From contig DATJRX010000042.1 in NCBI GenBank assembly GCA_035504395.1, positions 593 to 64,592 of the forward strand: a stretch of DNA of 64,000 bases, given 5' to 3'. The position numbers and the translations under genes are program-made. The notes below the pieces were generated by a model. That model had not been told where the DNA came from, searched no databases, and saw only the letters and a list, made by a program, of their open reading frames with translations. Every line of letters begins with the position of its first letter. Within the stretch, counting starts at the first letter, position 1. The stretch is from Thermoplasmata archaeon. Its GTDB lineage: Archaea > Thermoplasmatota > Thermoplasmata > Lutacidiplasmatales > UBA184. Of the stretch, positions 8,840-21,909 are shown one piece after another.

Positions 8840-10315
8840 ATGCTGCCGCTGATCTCGATCATCCTGGTCTCGCTCGGCGTCGGTACGGTCGCGACGTTCG
8901 CGTCCGGTCGCTGGGCCCGCTGGGTCGCGCTCGCGACATCGATCGTCTTCCTCGCCGAGGTCGCGCTGCTGTTCGCGAGCTACGCCGGGTGGCCGGGCTA
9001 CTCCGCCGCGCTCGTGCCGGGCTTCTCGGACACCGAGACGTACGCCTGGATCCACCTCAGCTGGCTCTCGATCAACTACTCGGTCGGGGTCGACGGGATC
9101 TCGCTCGTCCTGATCCTCTTGACCGCGATCCTCCAGATCGCGACCGTCATCTACTCCTGGGGCGAGACGCACCGCCCGGGCGGCTACTTCGGGCTCGTCC
9201 TGCTGACGTGCCTCGGCTCGTTCGGCGTCTTCGTCGCCCTCGACATCCTCCTGTTCTTCCTCTTCTGGGAGGCCGTCCTCGTCCCGATGTTCTTCCTCAT
9301 CGGGTACTGGGGCGGTCCGAACCGCCGCTACGCGGCGCTGAAGTTCTTCGTCTACACGCACGTCGCCTCGATCGTGATGCTGGTCGGCCTGCTCGCCCTC
9401 GTCTTCTACTCCGGCGCGACCTCGTTCGACTTCTCGAGCGTCTACGCCGCCGCGCGCGGGCTGGCGCCCGAGGTCCAGGTGTTCCTGTTCCTCGCGCTGT
9501 TCTTCGGGTTCGCGGTCAAGTTCCCGATCGTCCCGTTCCACACCTGGCTGCCCGACGCGCACGTCGAGGCGCCGACCGGGGGTTCGGTCCTCCTCGCCGG
9601 GCTCCTGCTGAAGCTCGGCGGCTACGGGCTCATCCGGTGGGCGGTGGAGGTCCTCCCGCACGCCGTGCACTCGCTCCAGCCGCTCCTCTTCCTCATCGCC
9701 TTCGTCTCGATCGTGTGGGGCTCGGTGCTCGCGCTCGCGCAGCGCGACGTGAAGCGCCTGGTGGCGTACTCGTCGATCAACCACATGGGCATCGTGCTGC
9801 TCGCGATCGCCCTCGACTCGTCGCTGGGCCTCCTGGCGGCGGTCCTCCTGATGTTCGCGCACGGGATCGTCTCCGCGCTCCTCTTCATGACGTCGGGGAG
9901 CCTCCACCACCAGTACGGGACCCGCGACATCCACTCGATCGGAGGCCTCACGCCGACCGCGCCGATCCTCGCGACCCTCATCATGGCGGGGTCGCTCGCC
10001 TCGCTGGGGCTCCCCGCGCTCATCGGGTTCCCCGCCGAGTTCACCGCGTTCCTCGCGACCTGGGACGGCATCGGCTACTGGGTCCTGATCCCGCTCGTCG
10101 TCCTCGTGGTCACCGCGGCGTTCTACCTGTGGATGATGCAGCGGATCCTCTTCGGACCGGAGAAGGGCCTCCCGGCCGAGGTGCATCCGCTCCCGTGGTA
10201 CGAGAGCGTCGGAATGGGGATCCTCCTCGCCTTCACCGTGCTGTTCGGCATCCTCCCGAGCCTGCTGGTCAACGTGATCGTGAACTCGCCGGTCAAGGGA
10301 TTCCCGGGGACCTGA
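8840..10315 (+). CDS. nuoM: NADH-quinone oxidoreductase subunit M
   Basis: 491-aa ORF starting 1 nt after the nuoL stop. ND4/NuoM antiporter-like motifs (FFLFWEAVLVPMFFLIGYWGG, FPIVPFHTWLPDAHVEAPT). Confidence 0.93.
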   Translation: MLPLISIILVSLGVGTVATFASGRWARWVALATSIVFLAEVALLFASYAGWPGYSAALVPGFSDTETYAWIHLSWLSINYSVGVDGISLVLILLTAILQIATVIYSWGETHRPGGYFGLVLLTCLGSFGVFVALDILLFFLFWEAVLVPMFFLIGYWGGPNRRYAALKFFVYTHVASIVMLVGLLALVFYSGATSFDFSSVYAAARGLAPEVQVFLFLALFFGFAVKFPIVPFHTWLPDAHVEAPTGGSVLLAGLLLKLGGYGLIRWAVEVLPHAVHSLQPLLFLIAFVSIVWGSVLALAQRDVKRLVAYSSINHMGIVLLAIALDSSLGLLAAVLLMFAHGIVSALLFMTSGSLHHQYGTRDIHSIGGLTPTAPILATLIMAGSLASLGLPALIGFPAEFTAFLATWDGIGYWVLIPLVVLVVTAAFYLWMMQRILFGPEKGLPAEVHPLPWYESVGMGILLAFTVLFGILPSLLVNVIVNSPVKGFPGT

Positions 10316-10319
10316 GGCG

Positions 10320-11915
10320 ATGGACGCCACCTCGTTCGTCGGTCCCTTCCTGCCCGAGCTCGTCCTGCTCGCCGGCGCGCTCCTCGTCTTCCTGCTCGAC
10401 GTCCTGAAGCTCCGGCGGACGGAGTTCGTCGGAGGGATCGCGGCCGGGTCGACGCTCGTCGCGCTCGTCCTCGTGCTCGCCGACCTCCGGTTCGGCCCGA
10501 TCGCCGGGCTCGCGACGATCCCGGCGGGGCAGATCGATCGGGTGCCGGGCCTCGGGAGCGCGCCGCTCTACGCGTTCACGTCGTTCGGCCTCATCTTCCA
10601 GGCGATCTTCCTCGTCGCCGCGTTCCTGGTCGCCGTCGCGTCGCTGAGCCGGCCCTCGGACGAGCGGGGCGCTCCGATCTTCTTCGGGCTCTTGCAGGTC
10701 GCGACGCTCGGGATGCTGCTCGTGGCGCTCTCGTCCGACCTCATCTTCCTCCTCCTCGCGATCGAGGTCGTCAGCATCCCGTCGTACCTCCTCGCCGGCT
10801 ACACGCGCCGCGATCGACGCGGGCTCGAGGCGGCGATGAAGTTCTTCGTGATCGGCGCCCTCTCCTCCGTGCTCTCGTTCTTCGGCGCGTCGCTCCTCTT
10901 CGGGGCGTACGGGACGACGAACCTCTACCTGATCCGCGCGGCCGGCACGGCGGTCGGGACGCCGGTCCTCGTCCTGCTCGGCTACGCGTTCCTGATCGCC
11001 GGGCTCGGGTTCAAGGTCACGCTCGTGCCGTTCCATGCGTGGGCCGTCGACGTGTACGACGGGGCCCCGCACGAGGTCAGCGCGTTCCTCGCCGGGGGCA
11101 CGAAGAAGATCGGCATCTTCGCGTTCTTCCTCGTCTTCCTGGGTCCGGTCCTCGTCGTCCAGGCCTCGGGCACGAGCGGCTACGGACTGTTCGGGGGCTC
11201 GGTCGCCCTCGGACCGAGCGTCCAGCTCACGCTCGCGGTCCTCGCGGTCGTCACGATGACCGTGGGGAACGTCCTCGCGCTCCTGCAGAAGGAGATGAAA
11301 CGGATGCTCGCCTACTCGTCGATCAGCCAGGCCGGGTACATGCTGATCGGCATCGCGGTCGGCACCTCGCCCGCCCTCGCCGGCGCCACGCTCCAGGTCT
11401 TCGCGCATGCCCTGATGAAGACCGGCGCCTTCCTCGTGGTCGGGGCGGTCGCCGCGCTCGGCGTCGGGCCCCTCATCCAGGACTGGCGGGGCCTCGGGCA
11501 GCGCCGCCCGGTGCTGGGCGTCGCGTTCGCGCTGATGCTCCTCTCGCTCGCGGGGGTCCCGCTGACCGTCGGCTTCGTGTCGAAGTTCATCCTGTTCAGC
11601 GCGGCCGTCGACGCGCGCGGCTGGTTCATCTGGCTCGCCGTGGCCGGTCTCCTCAACAGCGCACTCTCCGTGTTCTACTACGCCCGCGTGCTGCGGGTCA
11701 TGTTCTTCGACGCCGCCCCCGCGCCGACCGCCGCGATCGGGGCCGTCGAGGGCGCGAGCGAGCCCGCGATCCTGCCGCTCGGGGGCCTCGGGTACGGACG
11801 GGCGGGCGCGATCGGGCTCATCGCCGCGCTCATCGTCCTGTTCGGCATCTACCCGCAGCCCGTGATCGGCGCGATCCAGTCCGCGGCGTCCCACTTCCTG
11901 ATCGCGGGAGCGTGA
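10320..11915 (+). CDS. nuoN: NADH-quinone oxidoreductase subunit N
   Basis: 531-aa polytopic ORF. ND2/NuoN-like (VPFHAWAVDVYDGAPHEVSAFL). Last nuo gene. Confidence 0.9.
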   Translation: MDATSFVGPFLPELVLLAGALLVFLLDVLKLRRTEFVGGIAAGSTLVALVLVLADLRFGPIAGLATIPAGQIDRVPGLGSAPLYAFTSFGLIFQAIFLVAAFLVAVASLSRPSDERGAPIFFGLLQVATLGMLLVALSSDLIFLLLAIEVVSIPSYLLAGYTRRDRRGLEAAMKFFVIGALSSVLSFFGASLLFGAYGTTNLYLIRAAGTAVGTPVLVLLGYAFLIAGLGFKVTLVPFHAWAVDVYDGAPHEVSAFLAGGTKKIGIFAFFLVFLGPVLVVQASGTSGYGLFGGSVALGPSVQLTLAVLAVVTMTVGNVLALLQKEMKRMLAYSSISQAGYMLIGIAVGTSPALAGATLQVFAHALMKTGAFLVVGAVAALGVGPLIQDWRGLGQRRPVLGVAFALMLLSLAGVPLTVGFVSKFILFSAAVDARGWFIWLAVAGLLNSALSVFYYARVLRVMFFDAAPAPTAAIGAVEGASEPAILPLGGLGYGRAGAIGLIAALIVLFGIYPQPVIGAIQSAASHFLIAGA

Positions 11916-11919
11916 TCGC

Positions 11920-13020
11920 GTGGACCGCTACGACGTCGTGGTCGTCGGGGCGGGTCCCGCCGGATCCCTCGCGGCGCGCGCGGCCGCGGAGTCCGGGGCG
12001 TCGACCCTTCTCGTGGACCAGCGACCGGAGCTCGGGCACCCGGTCCAGTGCGGCGAGTTCCTGCCCGAGGCGTCGGAGCTCGCGGACCTGTTCGGTTGCC
12101 CCGCGCTGATCCGGGCCGCGTTCGAGGTCCCGCCGGGCACGGTCCTTAGGTCGACGCGATGGATGACGTGCGTTTCGCCCTTCGGACACCGCTTTCGGTT
12201 CCCCCTCTCGGGGTACACGGTCTCCCGGCGGGCGTTCGACAAGGCGCTCGCCTATCGGGCGGAGGGCGCCGGCGCCGAGCTGCGCCACCCGTGCGGGGTC
12301 ACCGGGGTCCGGGACGACACGGTGGTCCTCGCCCGCGGGGCGCCCGTCCGGGCGGGCGCGATCGTCGCGGCCGACGGTCCGCTGTCGACCGTCGGGCACT
12401 CGGTCGGCTTCACGCCGTCCCGGACGCTCTTCCGGATGATCACCGCCACGACCGATGGACCGCTGCGGGACGAGATCGACCTCCACTTCGGACACGTCGC
12501 CCCGGGCGGCTACGCGTGGGTCTTTCCCCGCCAGGACGACGCGAACGTCGGACTCGGCGTCGCGGAGCTGCCGGCGGGCGTCTCGCTCGACCGGCTCCTG
12601 GACGCGTTCCTCCGCGAGGAGGGGATCGGCCCGGCCCGCGAGCGCACCCACTGGTGGGTGCCCGTCGGACCGCCGCCCGAGAGCCTGGTCCGCGGGCGGG
12701 CGGTCTTCGCGGGCGACGCGGCGAACCTGGTCATGGCCACGAACGGCGGCGGGATCCCGACCGCGATGCTGAGCGGGTGGCTGGCCGGGCTCGCGGCGGC
12801 GCGCCACGCGCGGGACGGCCGGCCCCTCGCCGAGTACGACGCGGCGTGGCGGAGCGCGCTGTTCGAACCGCTCGCCCGGGCGGCCCGGATCCAGCATTTC
12901 GGCGACCGGTTCGCGCGGTTCGACGTTCTCCTGGCGCTGGGGATGCGCTATATCGGGGCCTCCGGTCTCGACTCCATGATGCGGCTTCGGTGGCCCGCCC
13001 GGCTCGGGAGGCACGCATGA
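11920..13020 (+). CDS. geranylgeranyl reductase family FAD-dependent oxidoreductase
   Basis: 366-aa ORF, start 4 nt after the nuoN stop. Dinucleotide-binding motif VVVVGAGPAGS, GEFLP and GDAANLV patterns of the GGR family. Confidence 0.8.
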   Translation: MDRYDVVVVGAGPAGSLAARAAAESGASTLLVDQRPELGHPVQCGEFLPEASELADLFGCPALIRAAFEVPPGTVLRSTRWMTCVSPFGHRFRFPLSGYTVSRRAFDKALAYRAEGAGAELRHPCGVTGVRDDTVVLARGAPVRAGAIVAADGPLSTVGHSVGFTPSRTLFRMITATTDGPLRDEIDLHFGHVAPGGYAWVFPRQDDANVGLGVAELPAGVSLDRLLDAFLREEGIGPARERTHWWVPVGPPPESLVRGRAVFAGDAANLVMATNGGGIPTAMLSGWLAGLAAARHARDGRPLAEYDAAWRSALFEPLARAARIQHFGDRFARFDVLLALGMRYIGASGLDSMMRLRWPARLGRHA

Positions 13021-14075
13021 CGAGCCCCGCGTCCGTCGCCGAGCCGCTCGAGGCGTCGCTCGAGTCGCTCGTCACCGAGACGTTCGGGGCCGAGGCGCTC
13101 GCCCAGGTCTCCGGCCTCCTCCCGATCCTCGTCCGCGACCTCTCGGACGTCGACTGGCGTCTCCAGGAGGTGCTCGGGTCGACCTACGCCCAGCTGACGG
13201 AGGCGGCCCGGTACGCCTGCGCGACCGGGGGGAAGCGGGTCCGCCCGCTGCTCATGGCGGTGACCGCGCGCGCCCTCGGCGCGGACTCGACCGGTCCGAT
13301 CCGCTCGCTCGCCGCGGCGTTCCAGCTGATCCACACCGCGACGCTCGTCCACGATGACGTGATCGACCACGCCGAGACCCGGCGCGGCCGGCCCTCGCTG
13401 CCCCGCGCGTACGGGGTCCCGCTCGCGATCGTCTCGGGCGACTACCTCTTCGTCCGCGCGTTCGAGCTCGCCGCCGAGTACCCCCGACCGATCATCCTGA
13501 GGTGCGGCGAGGCGTGCGCCGACCTGGTCGAAGGCGAGGTCCTGCAGGAGTCCGCGCTGTTCGACCTCGCGTCGGGGCGCGAGCACTACGTCCGGATCGT
13601 CGAGCGGAAGACCGCGGCGATCATCGCCGCCGCGCTCGCGTCGGTCGCCGAGATCCAGGGCGCGACCCCGGCGCTCGTCGACGCCGTCACGGGCTACGGA
13701 CGCGCGCTCGGGATCGCCTTCCAGATCCGCGACGACCTCCTGGACGTCTACGGCGACCCGGACCTCCTCGGGAAGCCGCTCTACACCGACCTCCGCGAGG
13801 GGAACCCCACCCTGCTCTCCATCGAGGCGTTCCGCCGCCTCGACCCCACGCGGCAGGCCGAGTACGAGGCGCTGTTCCAGCGGCGGCACAAGAAGACGAA
13901 GCACCTGCTCCGCCTCCGCGAGCTGACCGACCTCACCGACGCGCCCGCGGCGGTGGCGGACGAGGCGAACCTCTGGGCGGACCGCGCGATCCGGGCGCTC
14001 GAGCCGCTCCCGGACGGACCGTACCACCACCTGCTCGACCTCCTCGCCCACGGCGCGGCGGTCCGTCGGTTCTGA
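13017..14075 (+). CDS. polyprenyl (trans-isoprenyl) diphosphate synthase
   Basis: ATG 13017 overlaps the upstream stop (ATGA). 352 aa. Asp-rich motifs LVHDDVIDH and FQIRDDLLD. The rest of track ORF 12159..14075 is a shadow frame. Confidence 0.9.
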   Translation: MTSPASVAEPLEASLESLVTETFGAEALAQVSGLLPILVRDLSDVDWRLQEVLGSTYAQLTEAARYACATGGKRVRPLLMAVTARALGADSTGPIRSLAAAFQLIHTATLVHDDVIDHAETRRGRPSLPRAYGVPLAIVSGDYLFVRAFELAAEYPRPIILRCGEACADLVEGEVLQESALFDLASGREHYVRIVERKTAAIIAAALASVAEIQGATPALVDAVTGYGRALGIAFQIRDDLLDVYGDPDLLGKPLYTDLREGNPTLLSIEAFRRLDPTRQAEYEALFQRRHKKTKHLLRLRELTDLTDAPAAVADEANLWADRAIRALEPLPDGPYHHLLDLLAHGAAVRRF

Positions 14076-14111
14076 GCGGAGCCGCGACCCGTCCCGCGGC
14101 ACGGGCCGCGT

Positions 14112-14140
14112 CGAACGAAATCTACAAGACCCTTCGTTCG
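14112..14140. repeat. perfect 8-bp inverted repeat cgaacgaa-N13-ttcgttcg
   Basis: Read directly. A relatively AT-rich palindrome between the polyprenyl synthase stop and the next ORF. Could be a hairpin or an operator. Confidence 0.6.
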
Positions 14141-14166
14141 GCTCCTTCGGGTGCGGAGTTCTGCCG

Positions 14167-14607
14167 ATGCCCAGCGCCTCCTCGTCGGACGCCCCCGTGA
14201 CGTTCGACCACCTGCCGCCCGCGTGGCAGCCGACGCCGGCCGTTCCCCGCCGGCCCCTCGGGGTCGCGATCATCGCGGTGCTGATCGCCCTCGGCGCGCT
14301 CGTGCTGATCCTCGCGGGGCTGCTCTTCCTGCTCTCCTCGTACCTCGGGCCGGTCGTGCCGTCCACGCTCGACCTCGTCCCCTCGGTCGACGTCTGGGGC
14401 GCGGTCATCGTGGTCGTCCTCGGGGCGGCGCTGCTCGGCATCGCCACCTCGCTGTGGCGCCAGGAGACCTGGGCGCTCTGGACGACGATCGTGATCGTCT
14501 TCGCGACGACCGCCTACCTGTTCTTCACGGGGTCGATCACGGTCCTGTTCCTCGTGTTCGTCGTGATGTTCGTCTACCTTATCTCGGTCCGCCGATACTT
14601 CTACTGA
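14167..14607 (+). CDS. hypothetical integral membrane protein (about 4 TM)
   Basis: 146-aa ORF with GC-rich third positions and four hydrophobic segments. Its stop overlaps the start of the next gene by one base (TGATG). Confidence 0.6.
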   Translation: MPSASSSDAPVTFDHLPPAWQPTPAVPRRPLGVAIIAVLIALGALVLILAGLLFLLSSYLGPVVPSTLDLVPSVDVWGAVIVVVLGAALLGIATSLWRQETWALWTTIVIVFATTAYLFFTGSITVLFLVFVVMFVYLISVRRYFY

Positions 14608-15428
14608 TGCGCTGCGTCCTCGCGCAGCTCGCCCCGCGGACCGGCGATCTCCCCGCCAACCTCGAGCGGCTGCGCTCGGTCGTCCAGGGCGCGCCCGCCG
14701 ACCTCGTGATCTTCCCCGAGCTCTACCTGTCGGGCTATCGCGTCGGCGACCGGATCCATCGCCTGGCCGTCCGGGAGGGCGACACCACCCTGGCCGCCCT
14801 TCGGGCCGCGGCGCGGGAGAGCCGCGCCGCGATCGTCGTGGGGGCGCCGTTCGCGTCCCGCGAGCGGCCGGGCGAGGTGCAGAACGCGGCGATCGCGGTC
14901 CGCCCCGACGGCGAGGTCCACCTCCAGGTGAAGCGCTACCTCCCGAACTTCGGACCGTTCGAGGAGGGGGCCCACTTCACGCCGGTCGATGCGAGCGAGC
15001 CGATGCCGCTCGCCGCGCACTCCGTGGGCGTCGAGATCTGCTACGACACGTTCTTTCCCGAGGTGTCGCGGGCGCTGGCCCTCGGCGGGGCGGAGCTCAT
15101 CGTCGTGATCTCGGCCTCGCCCGTGACGAGCGGTCGGCTCTTTCAGCGCCTGCTCCCGGCGCGCGCGATCGAGAACGCGACCCCGGTCGTCTTCGTCAAC
15201 CGGGTCGGGGTCGAGGACGGGCTCGTGTTCGGAGGGGAGTCCGGCGCCTGGGACGCCCGCGGCGAGCCGATCCCCGCGGTCGCCGAACCCCGTTCCGACC
15301 TGGGGCCGGAGGAACGGCTCCTTCGGGTCGAGATCGACCTCGCGGCCGCCCCGCGGTGGCGGCCGTTCCGGCCGGTCCTCCGGGACGTGGCGACCCGACC
15401 GGGCGAATCCGCCCGCGCCCCGGGCTGA
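14607..15428 (+). CDS. carbon-nitrogen hydrolase (nitrilase superfamily)
   Basis: 273 aa from ATG 14607. Glu-Lys-Cys triad contexts [21 protein letters not shown] and [11 protein letters not shown]. Confidence 0.85.
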   Translation: MRCVLAQLAPRTGDLPANLERLRSVVQGAPADLVIFPELYLSGYRVGDRIHRLAVREGDTTLAALRAAARESRAAIVVGAPFASRERPGEVQNAAIAVRPDGEVHLQVKRYLPNFGPFEEGAHFTPVDASEPMPLAAHSVGVEICYDTFFPEVSRALALGGAELIVVISASPVTSGRLFQRLLPARAIENATPVVFVNRVGVEDGLVFGGESGAWDARGEPIPAVAEPRSDLGPEERLLRVEIDLAAAPRWRPFRPVLRDVATRPGESARAPG

Positions 15429-15453
15429 GCGCAGCGGCCGACTCGAACGCGGT

Positions 15454-15461
15454 CCTTATAG
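15454..15461 (+). promoter_or_regulatory. TATA box candidate for top6B (leaderless)
   Basis: ccttatag AT island centred ~27 nt upstream of GTG 15487. Confidence 0.5.
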
Positions 15462-15486
15462 CGGCGGAGCCCCCGCCTATCGGCCG

Positions 15487-17505
15487 GTGGCGCCTCCGCC
15501 GACGATCGCCCAGCAGCTCGCCGCGAAGCAGCGCGAGATCTCCGTCGCCGAGTTCTTCGAGCGGAACCGGCAGATCCTGGGCTTCGACAACCCGTCGCGG
15601 GCCCTGCTCACGACGGTCAAGGAGGCGGTCGACAACAGCCTGGACGCGGCGGAGGAGGCCCGCATCCTCCCGGACCTCCTGGTCGAGATCTCGAAGGAGG
15701 GCGAGGAGCGGCTGCGCGTCGCGGTCACCGACAACGGTCCGGGCATCCTCCGGAAGGAGATCCCCAACGTGTTCGCCCGGCTGCTCTACGGCTCCCGGTT
15801 CCATTCGAACCGCCAGGCGCGGGGGCAGCAGGGGATCGGCATCTCGGCGGCGGTGCTGTACGCCAACCTGACGACCGCGCGCCCGGCCCACATCACGTCG
15901 AAGGTCGAGGAGGAGGAGGCCGCCCACGTGCTGGATCTCTTCCTCGACACCCAGAAGAACCAGCCGCGGGTCGCGTCCGAGGATCTCGTCCTCTGGGACC
16001 GGCCCCACGGAACGCGGATCGAGCTCGTCCTCAAGGCGCGCTACCAGCGCGGCCGGCAGTCGCCGTACGAGTACCTGCGGGGGACGGCGATCGTCAACCC
16101 GCACGCCCGGCTCGCCCTGGTCGAGCCCGACGGGACCCGGGTCACGTTCGAGCGCGCCGCGCAGGAGCTGCCGCCGCCGGCCCGGGAGACCCTCCCGCAC
16201 CCGTACGGGCTCGAGCTGGGGGAGCTCGGATATCTCCTCAAGGCGACGCGGCGGCCCACGCTCTCGGAGTTCCTCGCGAAGGACCTGGCCGGCGTCTCGC
16301 CCCGCGCCGCGCGGGAGGTCGTCGAGAAGTCCGGGCTCTCCGCGAGGACCGAACCCGCGACCGTCCACGGCGAGGACCAGGAGGCGCTCCTCAAGGCGCT
16401 CCACGAGGCGCCCCTGGTCGCGCCGTCGCCCGACTGCCTCTCGCCGATCGGTTCGATCCTGATCAAGCGCGGGCTCCGCAACGTCCTCGGGGAGCTACGG
16501 CCCGACTTCTACGCACCCCCGGTGAGCCGGCCCCCGAAGGTCCATGGGGGGTTCCCGTTCCTCGTGGAGGTCGGCCTCGTCTACGGCGGGGGGCTGCCCG
16601 CCGACCAGCCGGTGCAGATCCTGCGGTTCGCGAACCGCGTCCCGCTCCTGTTCCAGCAGGGGGCCTGCGCGATCACGAACGCGATCGCGAACCTCGACTG
16701 GCGGCGGTACGGCCTCGATCAGAAGGGCGGTTCGGGGATCCCGAGCGGCCCGGCCGTGATCCTGGTGCACCTCGCGTCGACCAAGGTCCCGTTCACCAGC
16801 GAGGCGAAGGAGGCGGTCGCCGAGGACCCCGAGGTCGACAAGGAGCTGACGCTCGCCCTTCAGGCCGCCGCGCGCCACCTGAGGACCCACATCTCCCGGC
16901 AGAGCCGCCGGGCGTTCGCCGGCGAGAAGTTCGCGATCATCCAGCGGATCCTGCCGAAGCTGGCCGAGAAGACGAGCCACCTCGTCGACAAGCCGACCCC
17001 CGACCTCACCCCGGTCATCACCCGGATCATGGACGTCGTGAACGTCGAAGCGACCGTGGCGGCCGCGCCGGACGCGGTGCGCGTCGGCGTCGAGGTCACG
17101 AACTACACGCCGCGGGCGCGCGTCCTCGAGATGTTCGTCGAGGTGCCGCCCGACGAGTTCGGTCTCGCCGCCTTCGATCCGGCCCCCGACGGGACCGAGC
17201 CCGGGCTCGGACGGGCGTGGTGGACCCTCCCGAAGCTCGCCCCGAACGGGCGCGCGAAGCTCGCGCTCCGGTTCCCCCCGAAGACCGACGTCGAGGCGAA
17301 CGACCTCGACTGGTACGTCGCGGGGATCGACGAGTCGCACCTGCTCGGAGCGGACCCGCTCCCCGGCGACTGGGACGTCCGGCTCCCCCGAACGATCATC
17401 GAAGCGGCCGAGAGCGCCGCGGCCGAGGAGGCCGCGGCGACGGCCGAACCGGAGGTGGATTACGATGCCGCCGAGTCGAGCGCGGGCCAAAGCGAAGACG
17501 AGTGA
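15487..17505 (+). CDS. top6B: DNA topoisomerase VI subunit B
   Basis: 672-aa ORF. N-terminal [41 protein letters not shown] and [13 protein letters not shown] (GHKL ATPase) are characteristic. Long C-terminal region with an acidic tail. Confidence 0.95.
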   Translation: MAPPPTIAQQLAAKQREISVAEFFERNRQILGFDNPSRALLTTVKEAVDNSLDAAEEARILPDLLVEISKEGEERLRVAVTDNGPGILRKEIPNVFARLLYGSRFHSNRQARGQQGIGISAAVLYANLTTARPAHITSKVEEEEAAHVLDLFLDTQKNQPRVASEDLVLWDRPHGTRIELVLKARYQRGRQSPYEYLRGTAIVNPHARLALVEPDGTRVTFERAAQELPPPARETLPHPYGLELGELGYLLKATRRPTLSEFLAKDLAGVSPRAAREVVEKSGLSARTEPATVHGEDQEALLKALHEAPLVAPSPDCLSPIGSILIKRGLRNVLGELRPDFYAPPVSRPPKVHGGFPFLVEVGLVYGGGLPADQPVQILRFANRVPLLFQQGACAITNAIANLDWRRYGLDQKGGSGIPSGPAVILVHLASTKVPFTSEAKEAVAEDPEVDKELTLALQAAARHLRTHISRQSRRAFAGEKFAIIQRILPKLAEKTSHLVDKPTPDLTPVITRIMDVVNVEATVAAAPDAVRVGVEVTNYTPRARVLEMFVEVPPDEFGLAAFDPAPDGTEPGLGRAWWTLPKLAPNGRAKLALRFPPKTDVEANDLDWYVAGIDESHLLGADPLPGDWDVRLPRTIIEAAESAAAEEAAATAEPEVDYDAAESSAGQSEDE

Positions 17506-18607
17506 CGACGACGACGCGCCGAAGATCCGCGCGGACGCGCTCAAGCCCACGCTCGCGCTCGCCGAGCAGATCTACGAGCAGCTCGACCACGGCGAGATCC
17601 CGCGCATGCGGCTCCCGCTGAGGACGAAGCAGAACCTCTCCTTCCAGGTCCGCGACGGCGTCTGGAAGCTCGGGAAGGCGATGGGCACCCGCAGCGCGCG
17701 CAAGCTCGACGGCGCGCTGATGCTGCTCCGGACGTTCTACGTCGTCGACTTCATCAACGAGATGGCCCGCGACAAGAAGACCTCCACGCTGCGGGAGCTC
17801 TACTACATCAGCGAGGCGTGGGAGGATGCGAAGTTCCACAGCGAGGACGAATCGAACCTCCTCGTCGAGGACCTCGAGGTCATGTGCGCGCGGATGCGGG
17901 AGGACTTTAGGCTCCACCCCGAGGAGAACGGCGCGTCCGTGATCGGGGACCTGACGATCAAGGAGAAGAACCGCAAGGGCGCGGTCAAGAAGATCAACTG
18001 CAAGGACGACGTCGGGGACGGCGGCTACTCCCTCCCGTTCAACGTCGAGAAGGAGAAGATCGAGTTCGTCGGGACGAACGCGAAGTTCGTGATCGCGATC
18101 GAGTGCGGCGGCATGGTCGACCGCCTCGCGGAGAACAACTTCGACGAGGACCAGGAGGCGATCCTGCTCCACCTGAAGGGCCAGCCCGCGCGCTCCACGC
18201 GCCGGTTCCTGAAGCGCGTCTCCGAGGAGCTGAAGCTCCCGGTCGTCGTCTTCACCGACGGGGACCCCTGGTCGTTCCGCATCTTCGCCTCGGTCGCGTA
18301 CGGCGCGATCAAGACCGCCCACATCTCGAACTACCTCGCCACGCCGTCCGCGGAGTTCCTGGGCGTGACCGCCTCCGACATCGAGAACTACGAGCTTCCG
18401 TCCGACCATCTCTCCGAGCAGGACATCCGGGCGCTGCAGGCCGAGCTGACCGACCCCCGGTTCGGCACGGCCGAGTGGCGGAGCGAGATCGAGCTGATGC
18501 TGAAGAACGGCAAGAAGGCGGAGCAGCAGTCGCTCGCGAAGTACGGGCTGAACTACGTCACGGAGCACTACCTGCCCGAGAAGCTCACCGAGATGGGCGT
18601 CCTCTGA
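17465..18607 (+). CDS. top6A: DNA topoisomerase VI subunit A (Spo11 family)
   Basis: 380-aa ORF overlapping top6B by 41 nt. Catalytic-Tyr context [11 protein letters not shown] and a Toprim region ([19 protein letters not shown]). Confidence 0.95.
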   Translation: MPPSRARAKAKTSDDDDAPKIRADALKPTLALAEQIYEQLDHGEIPRMRLPLRTKQNLSFQVRDGVWKLGKAMGTRSARKLDGALMLLRTFYVVDFINEMARDKKTSTLRELYYISEAWEDAKFHSEDESNLLVEDLEVMCARMREDFRLHPEENGASVIGDLTIKEKNRKGAVKKINCKDDVGDGGYSLPFNVEKEKIEFVGTNAKFVIAIECGGMVDRLAENNFDEDQEAILLHLKGQPARSTRRFLKRVSEELKLPVVVFTDGDPWSFRIFASVAYGAIKTAHISNYLATPSAEFLGVTASDIENYELPSDHLSEQDIRALQAELTDPRFGTAEWRSEIELMLKNGKKAEQQSLAKYGLNYVTEHYLPEKLTEMGVL

Positions 18608-18704
18608 ACCGGGCCGGACGAGCGGGTCGGGCGCCCCTGGGGTCCTGCCGCCCGTCGGCGCACGTCGATAGACTTAACAAGGCGAAACGGCGGTGGCGGG
18701 TCCG

Positions 18705-19448
18705 ATGTCCTGGTCGCTCTCGCAGAAGCTGCTCGCCGAGTTCGTGGGAACGTTCGTCCTCGTGGTCACGATCTGCGGCGGGGTCGTCTGGTCCCTGCAC
18801 GATAGCGTGGACTTCCTTTCGGTCGACCTGATCGGCTCGCTCGCGATCGGCTTCGGCGTCCTCGGCGCAGCGTACGCGTTCGGCGACATCTCGGGGGCTT
18901 GCTTCAACCCGGCGATCACCCTCGCGGCATGGGTGGCCGGGCGGATGCCGGGCCGGCACGTGGTCCCGTACATCGTGGCCCAGGTCGCGGGAGCGATCAC
19001 GGGGGCCGCGTTCGTCGCGGGCGTGGCGTACGGGAACGGGAGCGTCTTCGCGAGCGCCCAGGCGACCGCGATCGCGTCCCAGGGATATTCCGGCAACGGA
19101 TCACCGTACATCGTGGCCCTCGGCTCGGTCTTCCTGCTCGAGGTCGGCCTCACGTTCGTGCTGGTGCTGGTGGTCCTGTTTTCCACGCGGCCGGGCGGTT
19201 CGACACTGAATCTGGCTCCCGTGGGGATCGCCCTGACGCTCGGCATGATCAACCTGATCGCGATCCCGATCGACGGAGCCTCCGTCAATCCCGCGCGCAG
19301 CTTCGGTCCGGCGCTCCTCGCCGCAGCCTGGCCCGGTTCGCGCTGGGCGATCCAGCAGGACTGGATCTTCTGGGTCGCGCCGATCGTGGGTGGACTCCTG
19401 GCCGCCGGGCTCGAGCGCGCCCTTCGGGCGCGCGCGACCTCCGGCTAG
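18705..19448 (+). CDS. aquaporin / MIP family channel
   Basis: Two NPA boxes (NPAITLA, NPARSFG) and six hydrophobic segments. ATG 18705 lies ~27 nt after the AT island cttaacaa. The track ORF starts at GTG 18693. Confidence 0.9.
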   Translation: MSWSLSQKLLAEFVGTFVLVVTICGGVVWSLHDSVDFLSVDLIGSLAIGFGVLGAAYAFGDISGACFNPAITLAAWVAGRMPGRHVVPYIVAQVAGAITGAAFVAGVAYGNGSVFASAQATAIASQGYSGNGSPYIVALGSVFLLEVGLTFVLVLVVLFSTRPGGSTLNLAPVGIALTLGMINLIAIPIDGASVNPARSFGPALLAAAWPGSRWAIQQDWIFWVAPIVGGLLAAGLERALRARATSG

Positions 19449-19566
19449 GCGCACCGTTCCCGATCCGGGCTCTCGGATCCCGGTCGCGACGCACTCCGGT
19501 CCGCGCGACCCCGGGGCCCGCTTCGGGCTGTCCCGCGGATTCGAGGTCGACCGGGAAACCCTTTGA

Positions 19567-21822
<2,256 letters not shown>

Positions 21823-21909
21823 GCCCGGGAGGTCGGCGTCCGCCGGGCGAGGTCGCTCGGGACGACGGTCGCGCTCCGCCGGGGGCGACGCGGCCGTGCG
21901 GTCGCGTCG

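Noticed and set aside
6661-11894. Long ORFs opposite or out of frame with nuoL, nuoM and nuoN: antisense 6661..8862, 8657..10330 and 10293..11894, plus the out-of-frame sense-strand ORF 6960..8852
   Set aside because: Same Arg/Pro/Gly/Asp-rich composition with no recognisable motifs. They are fully covered by strongly supported membrane-subunit genes.
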